A stretch of DNA of 64,000 nucleotides from Tubiluchus corallicola (lineage: Eukaryota > Animalia > Priapulida): positions 2,914,001 through 2,978,000 of the forward strand of contig JAQGDQ010000002.1 in the NCBI GenBank assembly GCA_030141605.1, in the 5' to 3' direction. This document shows positions 50,027-61,757 of the stretch, piece after piece; within the stretch, counting starts at the first letter, position 1, and every line of letters starts with the position of its first letter. Below the pieces are notes generated by a model. It made no database searches. It had not been told where the DNA came from and was given only the letters and a program-made list of their open reading frames with translations. The position numbers were made by a program, and so were the translations under genes.

Positions 50027-52579
50027 GTAAACTTCATCTAATTTCGATTGAATGTACTGATATTTTAATAAATTTTAAAGAAGGCATTATAAAGAAAAAT
50101 TATTCAGATTCATGGATGTTTTATGAAGTTTAAAATGTTTTTATGTATGAGCTCTAAACAACAAGCACTAAATAGGAGATGCGTGATACACGAGACGCTT
50201 TCATCCTCCCAGTAAATTAACTAAGCAAAGGTACCCAGCACATTAGCAGATTGGATAATAAATTGCATAATTATCAGCAGGTTATCAGGAAGACGCACAC
50301 ACAGCAACTAGAATAGCAGTCACCGCGTATCTACTGTAGGCATCAGCACGATATGAACCCGGTCCAGGGGCCCGACCCTGAAATGACGGTTCTCTCTCTT
50401 TCTCGCTCGCTCGCTAACGCTTGCTCTTATTTCTACCCCTTTTGGCATCTCAGTCAGCCTCCCCCTTCCCTCTTCCCTCTTCCGTCTTATCTTTCCAACA
50501 AAGCTTGAGGATAATTATGATTCCTTTTGATGCTCAACATTCTTTGAGATTAAGAAGCATGCAGGCTGTGCTGTTTAGGGTAAGGGCATAAACTGGTTTA
50601 ACCGTAGTATGGTGCTAGTATATCCAAAGGATGGATAACATAATAATGGATCTGCGTTGTAAGATCATATCTCATGCTGTACGCACATTTTGGGGGTGTA
50701 AAATGCCATATAGCTGCTGATAAGTGATAAACATAGCAGGTTGTTGGTTTTTTTTGTATTATTAGATATTATTAGAAAAATATTAGATACGTATTTCAAG
50801 ATTTCATAGAGGCGTAGAATACTAATATTCATAATTCAAGAGTACTACTGTATCCGAAAAAGATTATTTCGTTAAATATTTCCTATCTGCGGTAGGTTAA
50901 ATATGGTTAGTCCTTTGAGCTTGCCCTGAATAATTTCATAGCTTGGTCTTTTATACGCATACTCCTCCATCAATTTAACACAAGGGATCACACAACAATA
51001 ATATTTCATTATACGCTTACGGTCGCCGGGATGCAGATAATTTCTCAATTATAGCGTCTTGTTGCCAGGATGCAGGCTGTTGTAGACCCAATTATCACAA
51101 ACACTAAATTGCAGGACGCAGTATGAAGAAAAAGCCAAGGATGACTGTTATCGAGAACTGCAAGAACGAGTATTGCTGGTACTTTTTATTTCAAATCAAT
51201 GGTTAGGATAACTTGCTTCTACATTTTATGTAAATCTGTATATCTAAAGGCATTTTCAAAATCTCTACAGAATGAAATATACTATATCGCCTATCAGTCA
51301 CTTAAAAACTCTGTGGTTTGCTCCTCAAATTCAAACTTAAGGGTTATTAAAATTAAATTATCAAAGGCCGAACGTTGGAAAAATGTTCCTATGTATATAT
51401 GACTTGCCATTTAACCTATCGTATAATGGCCCGCGCGACATATGTCATATGCTTATGAAGGAAGGACTCATAAAGTTTTTTGACACAGTTTAGTTGCACG
51501 CCACATAAAAACCACACGTTTTACACGGCACCATGCTGGGTAATTTCTTTTTTTCGGCACAGAGACGCATTCAAGTCAATGACGGTTATTTGCAAAACGG
51601 ACACAAGTAAACACTCTTACTACCTGAATGGTAATTGAGATAATAAGCAGTGAGGAATGAAGTTGTTACATGCATGGCACCAGTAGCTACTAGGCCTAGA
51701 GCTACGGTGATTCCTAGAGTTACTGCATCTACAGGTTAACGAAGTATAGGAATTTGTGGAGTATGCAAATATAGAGTATAATGTGATGTATAAATATTTT
51801 GTAACAGCTATGCGTGAAAAAATTCAGGACAAAACGTCTTCTTGTTCTATGTTTTTTAATCCACTGAAACAATGTTTTCACTGGCAACACTGCCTGAAAA
51901 TGACGCGCTCCCCTACAAACCACGCAGCGTCTGAATGTAACTACCATCAGAAGAAATCCTTTTTTACAATAATTATCACACACGCGTTACATTTTGTATA
52001 ATCGAAAGCGTTATTTTCCGGATTTGAAAGCGAAGCAGTTAGCGAACAGAGCAACATAATAACATTTCCGAGTTCGATGCAATATAAGTTTGACAGGAAC
52101 ACTTATCAAGTGAGGAATAAATCCGTAGTACAAAGAAATAAAAAATAATTGTTTCACAATTCATGTATCGACATTACCAATCCATTTTAGCTCATATTCA
52201 TAATGGCGTTAATATGTTGCTGTTTGATAACCTACCTTACCCAGTACCACGCCACAGAATTCATTATTCAAAGTAAACGTTTCACATGACACTGCGTATC
52301 CACAATCATGACGTTTCACAACTTCACTTCAAAATACTCTACACACCTCACAAATCCTCATCACCTTAAATCAGTTCCACCACCACTCATTCTCGAAACT
52401 CGCTCATGTTCAAAGTTTTATTTAGTCGTAATGAAACAAAAAACAATCTTATATACCATATGCATATTAAATTGTACTGTACGGCGAAACCTGATAATAT
52501 ATATTTAGTCTTTTATAAGTTACATAACAGGATGCAATGGATTGTGCGAGGGAGAGACTTTAGCTATTAATTTAGTGTA

Positions 52580-53395
52580 TCAGGTGGCGCAAAAAAGTAC
52601 TGAAGGATTGTGCGATAGTATTTTGATTACGATAGTATAAGAAGAAAGTAAATGGAATCAAGTGAAAATAGTCACGATGATGTCACAGACACTTACGCAT
52701 GAATACCAAACATTTTAAGTCATTCCTTCAGATTTTTTTCGAAAAATCTAGGAAGTTGTAAAACAACAAATAAAAAAATAATAATAAATGCCGGAAAAAA
52801 CTCTGTGTCATTATTGTTAATTTACAGCAAATGTTCTACGTATCCACCATTTTCGCTGTAAACTCGAGGAAGGTGTTTCTTCCAACAGCCGACACAGTTT
52901 TTCACTTCTTTAAGGTGTATTTAGTCCCAACACTCAACAATTTTTGCCTTTAGTTCTTCTGCATCAAGCTGTTCTGTGCGGCCATTGTACACTTTCTCTT
53001 TAAGGAAATTCCAGATACTGTAATCCAGAGGATTAAGTCCCATTTTTTTGCTTGACAAGAAATCTTTATCGGTCCTTTATTTTCTCTGATGATGACCACG
53101 ATGTAAACTGCTTGATTTCTTTATTGTTTTGTTCCATGTAGTGAGTGCTTTTATACGTTACTGAACGTGACTGTTTTTCTGTTGATGACTAGCTGGCATT
53201 GTTCCGGCATTTAATTTTTAACGTGTAAAAGCTTTTTATCATAACTTGAAAAGCACTAAAACTGTAAGTTTGTAACTTTCACAGCGATAAACCAATGTAC
53301 AGTAATATCACAATGTGAAATTTCAACTTTGCAGAGCACTTGCTTCTAATATTGTTGCAGTCTGAACTTCTGCCCATTTTCTCTGCGCTACCTGA
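52580..53395 (-). mobile_element. Internally deleted Tc1/mariner-superfamily transposon (DDxD type, maT/DD37D-like)
   Basis: TA|TCAGGTGGCGCA...TGCGCTACCTGA|TA termini with TA duplication; a transposase C-terminal relic lies inside on the minus strand. Confidence 0.88.
52822..53040 (-). pseudogene. Transposase C-terminal relic
   Basis: Translates as LNPLDYSIWNFLKEKVYNGRTEQLDAEELKAKIVECWD*IHLKEVKNCVGCWKKHLPRVYSENGGYVEHLL*, matching the (SPD)LNPLD...W...GG.hEH tail of DDxD transposases; one internal stop. Confidence 0.88.
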
Positions 53396-54623
53396 TATAT
53401 TATACGCAGGTTTCTTTGAACCTGTTAGCCGGTCCTTTTACCAACTCTTATGTTATCTATTCTGTTTTTCAATGCAGTAATATAGGCATTTTGCAATTTG
53501 TTAATAAAGTACGGTTTAAACAAATTAGAAATATGTGGCTATACAGTAATGTGTGGTAACTATATTTATAACACAGTTACGAATTGCAAAATGTGTCCTT
53601 AAAAATAAAAGTTGAGACTGAAAACTGATTCTCTTTCAAGTTCAATAGTTCAGTGATTCAATGATTTATTTAAAGTATGCCTGTCACAATATTTTAATGA
53701 CACTGCATAATGATTCAATACCTTTATAGTTTCAACTGCACAAACAACTGCAACAAGTTAACAACTTATGTGGCTGGTTAGATAAAGCTAGACCCATGAT
53801 ATTCACAAAGTAAATATGATTACGTAATTAGTTTACAAACCGAGGCTTTCTAATAAAAATGAATATAGTGAATTTTCCTTTTCAGCTGAACAAGGGCATA
53901 GGAAACAATGAATAAGAAATATGGTCTGTAGTAGCAGTAGCAGTAGCAGCTGTAGTAAAATCTTTGCTATACATAATACAAGTGCTAATAACAAGAAGCA
54001 TTATTAAAACATTAGTGGGTGTCAGTGTAATAGCCACTGTTAAAGACAACTGTGTTAGATGCATCAGCATAGTACACATCACTTGAGATTTTCAGTGCGA
54101 AACTAAACAACAAGCGATTTAAAAATGTAGACATGCACACAATCATAATAATAAAATTGGGAAAAATATAAAAAATTTGATTGCTTTCATTACGATAAAA
54201 GAATATCATGGTAAACAAAACATATTTTTGAACTTATATCGAACCAATCGGGCACTGCGCCTCTGTCCGCGCTAGAGAATAGCGTAATCTATTTTCGGCT
54301 CCTCGAGTAAGGCGTATATTTTAAAGCATAATTCATTCTGTCATAGGAATAAAAAGCTCATAATAGCAGATTTACTTAATTCTACAGACTTTACATGACA
54401 AGTAGCCTGGGGCCCATGAAAATTGTTTCCAGTAGAGACTAGGTATATAGACGCGCATCTCTTAAAACCGGCCCTGACGCAAATACCGCTTTAATGTTAC
54501 TTAGTTGATAAATAGCGAACAGTTACTTTATCGCAGATTATTTCATTCATTCTTATTCATCACACTATCCTCTTAACCAAAATGTTTGGTAAAGTTCAAG
54601 ACGTACTTTGTTTGATTACTTAC

Positions 54624-54709
54624 TTGTCATCATAGGCAAAGTCAGCATTCAAGGTGTTCAAGTAGAGTATAAGTGCAATGGTACTGGATATTATTACCGC
54701 TCGATCCAT
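54624..54709 (-). CDS. TMTC2: TMTC2-like coding exon 1 (86 coding bp; MDRAVIISSTIALILYLNTLNADFAYDD-N)
   Basis: Read directly from the minus strand: ccaagATGG (strong Kozak) ... TAT GAT GAC AA|gtaagtaa. LYLNTLxADFxYDD is the conserved TMTC2 N-terminus. AA plus the first T of exon 2 gives Asn in frame (YDDNRAIKTN). Absent from the ORF track. Confidence 0.93.
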
Positions 54710-54799
54710 CTTGGAATGACAGTGATACAACTTCTGACTGCAAACATCCACCACAGTTGGAAAATTTCAACTTGCAGAACAGACACTAACACTTCCTAA

Positions 54800-55100
54800 T
54801 TTCTCAATGTTTCTGCTTCGATTACTGCAGCGTGCAGATCGCACAGCACGTCATAGTAACACACACGCACGTGCGATTATATGCACAGCGCATGCTCGAA
54901 GCTCAGCAAAGCTTGCTTGGCTAGAAGTGCGTGTTTTAGAATAGAGCGCTCAGTCCTTTAAGTTTCAGTTCACCTTCCCATAAGTCAGCTTACACAGTCT
55001 GCGTTTTGAGTGCTTATGTATTTAGTAGTGTTCTGGCGAATGCCACGGGCACATTCCTACAGGCCAACCTCTCCGCACTTCCAGGGGCATGGACTACAAT
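54800..55100 (-). promoter_or_regulatory. Probable TMTC2 proximal promoter
   Basis: CpG-richer patch just upstream of exon 1 with ATGACGTGC (minus strand, 54846-54854, CRE/XBP1-like), palindromic CGCACGTGCG E-box (54866-54875), GCGCATGC (54888-54895, NRF1-like) and TGCCACG (55041-55047). The transcription start cannot be fixed from sequence. Confidence 0.5.
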
Positions 55101-55465
55101 AAAAATTGAAATCAAAATGGAATAAGATAAATGAATAAACGAATTAAGGAAGGAATAATAGAACAAACCATCAAAATAATTTCAACTATTACCTAGACTG
55201 TAAAGTGGCTTTCGGCTACACGATTGACATTATTTCATATCAGAAAGTAGAACTTAAAATTTGTTATCTATAGGCTGTGGCATTGCGTTTTCTGCTTAAA
55301 CTAGAAGAATTTTGTATTTTTTAAATAATTAACACGCTGGCTCTGGTATTGGAAGAGGCAGGTTCCCACTGGTATACTTTGTCCGATATCCAGTGCAAGC
55401 AGACACAACACATTCTAAACACAAGACACAAGCAGTCTAAAACGATCATTTTTATGAAACAGCTG

Positions 55466-55555
55466 AAAAGCCCGTGTTGACTAGCGTTTTTGCAGTGATT
55501 TTTTGCCAACAGCGATAAAAGCACAGCGTGAAAACGCTAGTCAAAACGGGCTTTT
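55466..55555. repeat. 90-bp near-perfect hairpin/palindrome
   Basis: 25-bp arms AAAAGCCCGTGTTGACTAGCGTTTT and AAAACGCTAGTCAAAACGGGCTTTT (1 mismatch), with further imperfect pairing up to a loop of about 5 nt. Confidence 0.9.
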
Positions 55556-56653
55556 AGGAAAAATTTTCAGGACTTCTCTGTCACGTACTCTTATATAATC
55601 TGTTAATCAGATGCTTATTAAAAACTGACGAAAATTTCGAAGCATTCATCCGAAACGTGCAGATACGGATATTTTCAATTATTTTGTACCGCACTGAGAA
55701 ACTCAGCACGCAAAGACAACCGGCACAAGCAAAGGGCACAAGCCCTATGGTTACTTTGCGCCATCTATTGGAGCTAATTGTCATTTGAGCCAAGCGGCTA
55801 CTGGTAGACCTAAAATTTTATGACGTACATAATAGTATCACAAAAGATAGAAGATCTTATTCATGATTATTGACAACGTAGGTAATATTTCGAAATTACT
55901 TTTAAAAAAACGAGGAAAACCACCAGCGTCTACAATTAACATAAGGAACGAGCACAATCCTGAAAAGCTGACATCTATAAAGGAATTTTCCTACAATTTC
56001 CTTGCTCCTATATGCGCAAATGTGTAATTCATTAATTATTTTACGTACGTAAACAAATTTATTGCTCTAAACTATGCTCTAAACGCATTATGATGTAGTG
56101 CCATCTGATGGCGGTGTCTGACGAAGCTTTAACTTTTGGCAAAACTAGGTAGTCTTTCTTTGTAAACATGAGTTTACATGACACATAATGACTGCTACGG
56201 TTGTACTCGATCAAAGCAAAAAGCTGCCTTATGTAAGCTGCCAAATCAATGGACATTACTTTAAAAATTCCTTATCAATACCGATGTTTAAACGTTAAAA
56301 ACGCTGTACTGCTAGGATTAACAGCACAAACTTTTGAACAATATATGCTTAACCCAGAAAAGCACAAACATTTCAACATACAAGTAACAAATGATATTAC
56401 TCGTACACGTTAGAGACATGACTAGTCACACGAAACTTTACGAGATTTCTTTACAGAGAATTGGTTTATAATTTGCTATCATTTCTTGAATGGATAACAT
56501 TTTCCATCTAATCGAGCATGTGAATCAGTTAAATAAATTAGCAAAAATCAGTCGAGCTTCACTCGCTTTGACTTTTGCATCACTGCTCAGTGCTCACTAC
56601 GTTCGCGAAGTTCGGTCAGGCTGCATCTATTGTCTGTCACTTTCATTCTCTCA

Positions 56654-56656
<3 letters not shown>

Positions 56657-56728
<72 letters not shown>
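56657..56728. repeat. (CT)n microsatellite
   Basis: Directly visible. Confidence 0.97.
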
Positions 56729-56837
56729 TTGTATTTCCTACAAAGCACTGCAAAAAAATACTTACATGCATTTACAAAAATAATTGGGAGCGCGCGTAGT
56801 GTCGCAGCAGGAGAATTGCATGCAAGTTTTGTAAAAA

Positions 56838-57380
56838 TGGGCCTATATAAACATTCTTTCCAGGTTTATAGAGCAAAACGATATAATCGGCTCCCTCAAA
56901 CTGTTCGAGAAGCTCCAATTGTTGTTAGTTAAAAATGGGTGTTTTAAATACTGCATTGAAGAATTTTACTCCAAATTTACACTTTAACTTGTCGCTTGTT
57001 TTAGTTCAGTATGTTTTTAACTTGTAAGCTTAGAATTATATTGCAATGTGCATGCTTCTAAAATCATAAATTTAGTTCTTTTATATAATTATATGTTCTG
57101 GTTTTTTCCTTTTAATGGATTTGTGTTCATTTTATCAATTGAATTTAAACATCAAAACTTTTAAATGTTTTATTTTTTGGATAATTTTGTAACTACATAT
57201 ATATGTAAACTACATATAGTTTGTACAGTTTTAACTTTTATTTCATATTTTGAATTTTTATGTTTATTTATATTTTGTAATATTTTGGCACTCTACCTGG
57301 ATGTAAAGGAGCCTATGGCTCATTCTATCTATCGATATTCAAACTATCGAACTTAATTAAAGATCTTGTCTTATCTTTTC
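56838..57380 (+). mobile_element. 3' remnant of a CR1-group LINE
   Basis: GLYKHSFQVYRAKRYNRLPQTVREAP resembles the SF.Y.G.KLWN.LP..IR tail of CR1/L2-group ORF2, followed by a T-rich 3' UTR and an (ATCTT)n-like tail. Confidence 0.5.
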
Positions 57381-57649
57381 TTTTTTCTCATTCTCTCGCC
57401 ATCCATCCCTCCCTCTCTCCCTTTCTTTATTTCTCCCTATTCCATCATCTTTCTCCTGCTCCTCATCTGCCCCCCTGTTTTCTCTCGTTCAAGTTGTTAC
57501 CTATTTAGCTGGGCCATACCAAATTCATTATTAAATTATTAAAAGCATGGGTGGGTAATAGTAATAATTAGTAACGAAAAGTCTTGTTGTTTGGTGCTTA
57601 ATTTAATCCATTTCTTTTGCAAATTCACAACTTATAGTCAATATATAAT

Positions 57650-58135
57650 ACAGCCATTAACAAAATTATAGAACCAAGATTCCTCAAAGTATGGATATTA
57701 GCCGTCCGTAATTTTTTTATATCAGTAGGCTTGGTTGGTCGAGATTGTATATAAAGACTTACGTCACATCCAATGACGTCATCAAAGTCAGGTAAAATTT
57801 TGTCCATTTTATGGTATTTTATATTGCCATTCTATGGTATTTTAGTCTGATAAAAGTGCGTATTTGTTGACTGAAAAATCCATTTGATAGATGTAAATTA
57901 ATATGTTGTTTGTATGAAATGGTCTAATTTTATGTAAGAAAATGTGCTTTTCTCGGTACTATAGGATTCAGAGATATGGCGTTGATAACGTCATAATATG
58001 GAAATGATGAGACGTGATATCACCAGAAATCCTAATGTGCAATCACACACCGACTATGCCTGCTGATTTTCAGTTGGCCATAAATTATTCTAGGACAATT
58101 AAAGATAGATGTTAAAGATGGATTAATGGTGGCCT
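57650..58135. mobile_element. Degenerate long-TIR MITE
   Basis: Left ATCAGTAGGCTTGGTTGGTCGAGATTG...ACGTCACATC..ATGACGTCATCAA is reverse-complementary to the right arm at about 57980-58075. Confidence 0.6.
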
Positions 58136-58411
58136 GGAGAGTCTTCGTCTTATAATTATGTTAATGAAGGCAATAAAGTCCAGACGTCGTATTAAATCGC
58201 GTACTAATATTATTATTAACAAACATTTTAATAAAAGAATAAATGAATCTGTATCTTATTATTTATATAGTATCGTTTTTACCGTGCCTTTGCTGACGTC
58301 ATTTGCTCAAAGAATTTTTTCTATTAAATGATACATAATCATCGAAAAATAAGCAGATCTCCGACGAAAATAAATTTTCCAAAAAACTACGACGACAACA
58401 GCAGCAGCAAC

Positions 58412-58725
58412 AACAACAATGGAAGACAAAAAGGGCGGTGATGGCACTTCAGGAAAGTTGTTCCGAAAGTATTCCTAAAGATGTAGACGTTTACAGTATC
58501 AGTGTTTAACATTATTTGCATCATTATTTGGCAAACATTACTTATTCTTAAATCAGCATTTGTTGTTATAATTATGAATGTCTTTTGAAATTTTAATACA
58601 TCTTGCCCGGAAACTATAATGTTAACACTGATACTGTAAAACGTCTAAATCAGATTCTTCGGGAATGTTTTCATATAGCAACTCTCTTGAATGTTATCAT
58701 CGCCCTGTAGTCTTTCATGGTTATT
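58412..58725. mobile_element. Foldback MITE with ~100-bp arms
   Basis: Arms at about 58412-58515 and 58617-58725 share AGGGCG.TGAT..CA.TTCA.GA.AGTTG and TAGACGTTT(T)ACAGTATCAGTGTT(T)AACATTAT in inverted orientation. Confidence 0.85.
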
Positions 58726-61644
58726 CTTATAAACTTTGTTAGACTAAGTCTGGCAATCGCACTGATACAAACTAAGTTAAGTTACTTCAGCTTCATTGCC
58801 GGAAATTAATTTTACGTGTAACACGTAGACTATTAGGCTACTACTAGAATTAGATTATACGGCGAATTACGAATTACAAAAATAACGGGAACATGAGTCA
58901 GTTAAATTGAAGAATTTTCTTTAAATTTGGCAGCTTGTTATAACGCTGCCATTCAAAACTAGAGATGGATAGCAATAACTCATACTTTTTTTACAGTTTC
59001 CGACAGTCTGTTAGTATGTATAGAAGAAGGAAAATTTTACTTCACCCGAACAAAGTGTTAATGTTCTTTACTCATGCGAGTTTATTCAAACAAATGGCTT
59101 TCATTTCATGGCGTTTCCCAAACGGATATCAAAAAGAATGAAATTTTGTTTCATTTAGCTACACGATTTTTCTTGAAAGAACTTAATCTCAGTAAATTTG
59201 AGTAACTAGTAGACGGGGAATATATTAGGGTATGTTTTATCTGCGTATTTCTTGTTCCTGTCGCTCAGCCACTTGTTTTTGGATCATCCTCCTCGGCAGT
59301 AAAACTACTGCCGGTTCATAAACATCGTCATCGTCGATTGTTTCTTTTAGGCTTGGTCAATTTACGTTTTCAAATAAACGGCTACCAATTCGACACATTT
59401 ACTGCCGGCCATGTTTGGAGAAAGCTGCCTGATAAACAGCCGTAAGTAGCAAACTTGCGAGGCATAAATCTTCTAGCAGTCTGCCAGCAGACGTTCTGAA
59501 CTTAAACTCAGGCGCACTGTTTACGTAGGCCTCCTGCCATTATTATGCTCAAAATCTAAGCACCTTTAAGTGGCATCGATGACCGAAAGTCAAGGAACAT
59601 CACAGTTCGGCCGCATTTCGCGAAAAATTTGTATTGTCGCAGTATTTGACGTCCTGTGTGTGTACCAGGACAAAGATTATAGGTCACGTGGATAAACTGA
59701 GAAGACTGTGGAAAGCCGACCGACGACACTCATTTAGCCATTTTTTATAGTCTATAGGGTGTTGTAGTAGTAGAAATTATGTAATCCTAATTTATCCATT
59801 TATTAAAATTTACTAACAATAAAATAAATAATTTTTTATTATCGAAAACCATTTGTTTTTAGTAAGGTTGCAATGTAATGTGGAAGTTGATTAATAGCAT
59901 CAGCAGATTCAGTGACCAATAAACTGAGATGATCTTTATTAAAGAGTTATCACATTGTGAAAAATCGACCAAAATCCGGGTACATTGATTGTGATACCAC
60001 TGTATTATTATTAATGCTTACTCTCGATGAGTATTTTTATATACAAATGCCTCAGTAAATAAACTGCTCCTGCTCCTTCTAGTGGACATTTGTTAGGCTA
60101 GGGATCAATGGGGTACACTTCTTTGAATTGTTTTTACATTGTAAGCAATTCTAGATCATTTTCACAGTTGTGATATTTTCGGGTGGAGCTAGGATTGAAT
60201 AAGACTTAAACTATCATGTATTTTTGAGACCAGTATTGTTTACCATACGTTAAACATAGTAATAAAATTGTTGCTGTATTGTTATATAATTTATCATGTC
60301 TTTGTTATTTTTAAAGGTTTATTTGCAAAATACAACAATAACGTAACAAAAATCGTGGATTTAAAAATGATTTTGGAATAAATGAAAAATATTCTGAACA
60401 GTATGTTGATGCTCTTCGCTGTTCCAAAGATAATCCTAGTTCAAAGTTTTAACCTTGCAGCTATTTCAAATCATCGTTCACAGGAGGCAGTACGGTCAAC
60501 ACCACGTGAACTCTTTCCCGGAGAGCATGCAGTTCAACTCCGACATGCCGGGTCTTACAGTACAGTTCTTGCACGCGCTTTCGAAGATCATTCACCAAAT
60601 CGTTGATTCGGTCCGGTTTCTTTTCCGGTAAAGACGACGGCTTGTCCGCATCCGCCCATTCACGGACGCTGTGACTGTGTTTCATCATTTTATTCGCAAT
60701 ATCCGTTTTCGTTTTTACAAGTTTATTTCCAAATGTTGAGCACTGTTGTGCAATCACCATGCTCTCTGGTTGAGAACTTTTAGACTCCATGAATACCCGC
60801 TTACTTTAAATGGCTTTTTATCGTTGTTTGTTGACTTTTTACAAGATAGGATTTCATCTGAAGTGTTCTTGACTGCACAAAATCACTCCCAAATCGAATT
60901 ACCAAGTATTTACTAATCAGAAAGTTACTAAAGGTCTTCAAGTAAGTTAAATTACATAAACGTAAAATACAAACGACGCTTGGCAACCGAAATAGAAGTC
61001 AGAAATTATTACGATGAAAGTAGCTCTAATGCGTATGTTTCTGTTACGACTAGGACAGCATAAATGTATTTTGCTTAGTAACGTTACTACATGGTGACGA
61101 AACTGTTGTTGCAGACAAAGCAAGAATATTTGTTATTTAAAATAATTCAGCAAGTCTTTGTTATTTTTAATGGTTGCCTCAAGGTTTCAATCCAAAAACT
61201 TGTCCAGCATTTACTCGAGCAGTATTTTCCAACATGTCGCCTTCACGTTTTCATCATCATCTTTGTCACTATCATCGTTATCGCCACATTCATTATCTTC
61301 GTCGTTATTAAAGCATTCTTGCCGAACATTATCAGCGTAACGATTTCGTTTCATATCTACAATCTACAACTAATTATCCCTAAATAAGCCGTTTAGCATT
61401 CGGGATTCTCGGTTGAAGTTCTGCTTATTTTGGGACAAAGTATGCTTGTTTTCAGTACGTGCCTAACACGATCGTATTATCTGAAATTTTTCGGCTGAAA
61501 ATGATGTCGAGTTCGCGCAACTGCATCATTAGAATCAAAGGAACACGTATAGGCACTGTTAACAATTTCTAATAACGTTAAAAGTATCCTAACAGCTGAT
61601 ATAAATCAATATAGGATGACGTCTATCTGTCTGTCTCTTTCTTT

Positions 61645-61655
61645 CACACACACAA

Positions 61656-61689
<34 letters not shown>

Positions 61690-61757
61690 ACGCACACGCA
61701 CACACGCACACACACACACACACACACACACTCTCTCTCTCTCTCCCTCTCTCTCTC
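61645..61757. repeat. Compound (CA)n/(CACACG)n/(CT)n microsatellite
   Basis: Directly visible. Confidence 0.97.

Larger units (their letters stand above)
9813..54623 (-). other. TMTC2: TMTC2 intron 1 (44,811 bp, GT-AG, phase 2)
   Basis: Bounded by the exon 1 donor and exon 2 acceptor; the junction is in frame and no conserved TMTC2 sequence is missing between the two exons. Confidence 0.88.

Noticed and set aside
59230-59420. Possible Kolobok accessory-protein N-terminal relic on the minus strand
   Set aside because: Only a vague acidic stretch after AACATGGC; diagnostic motifs and element ends could not be established.
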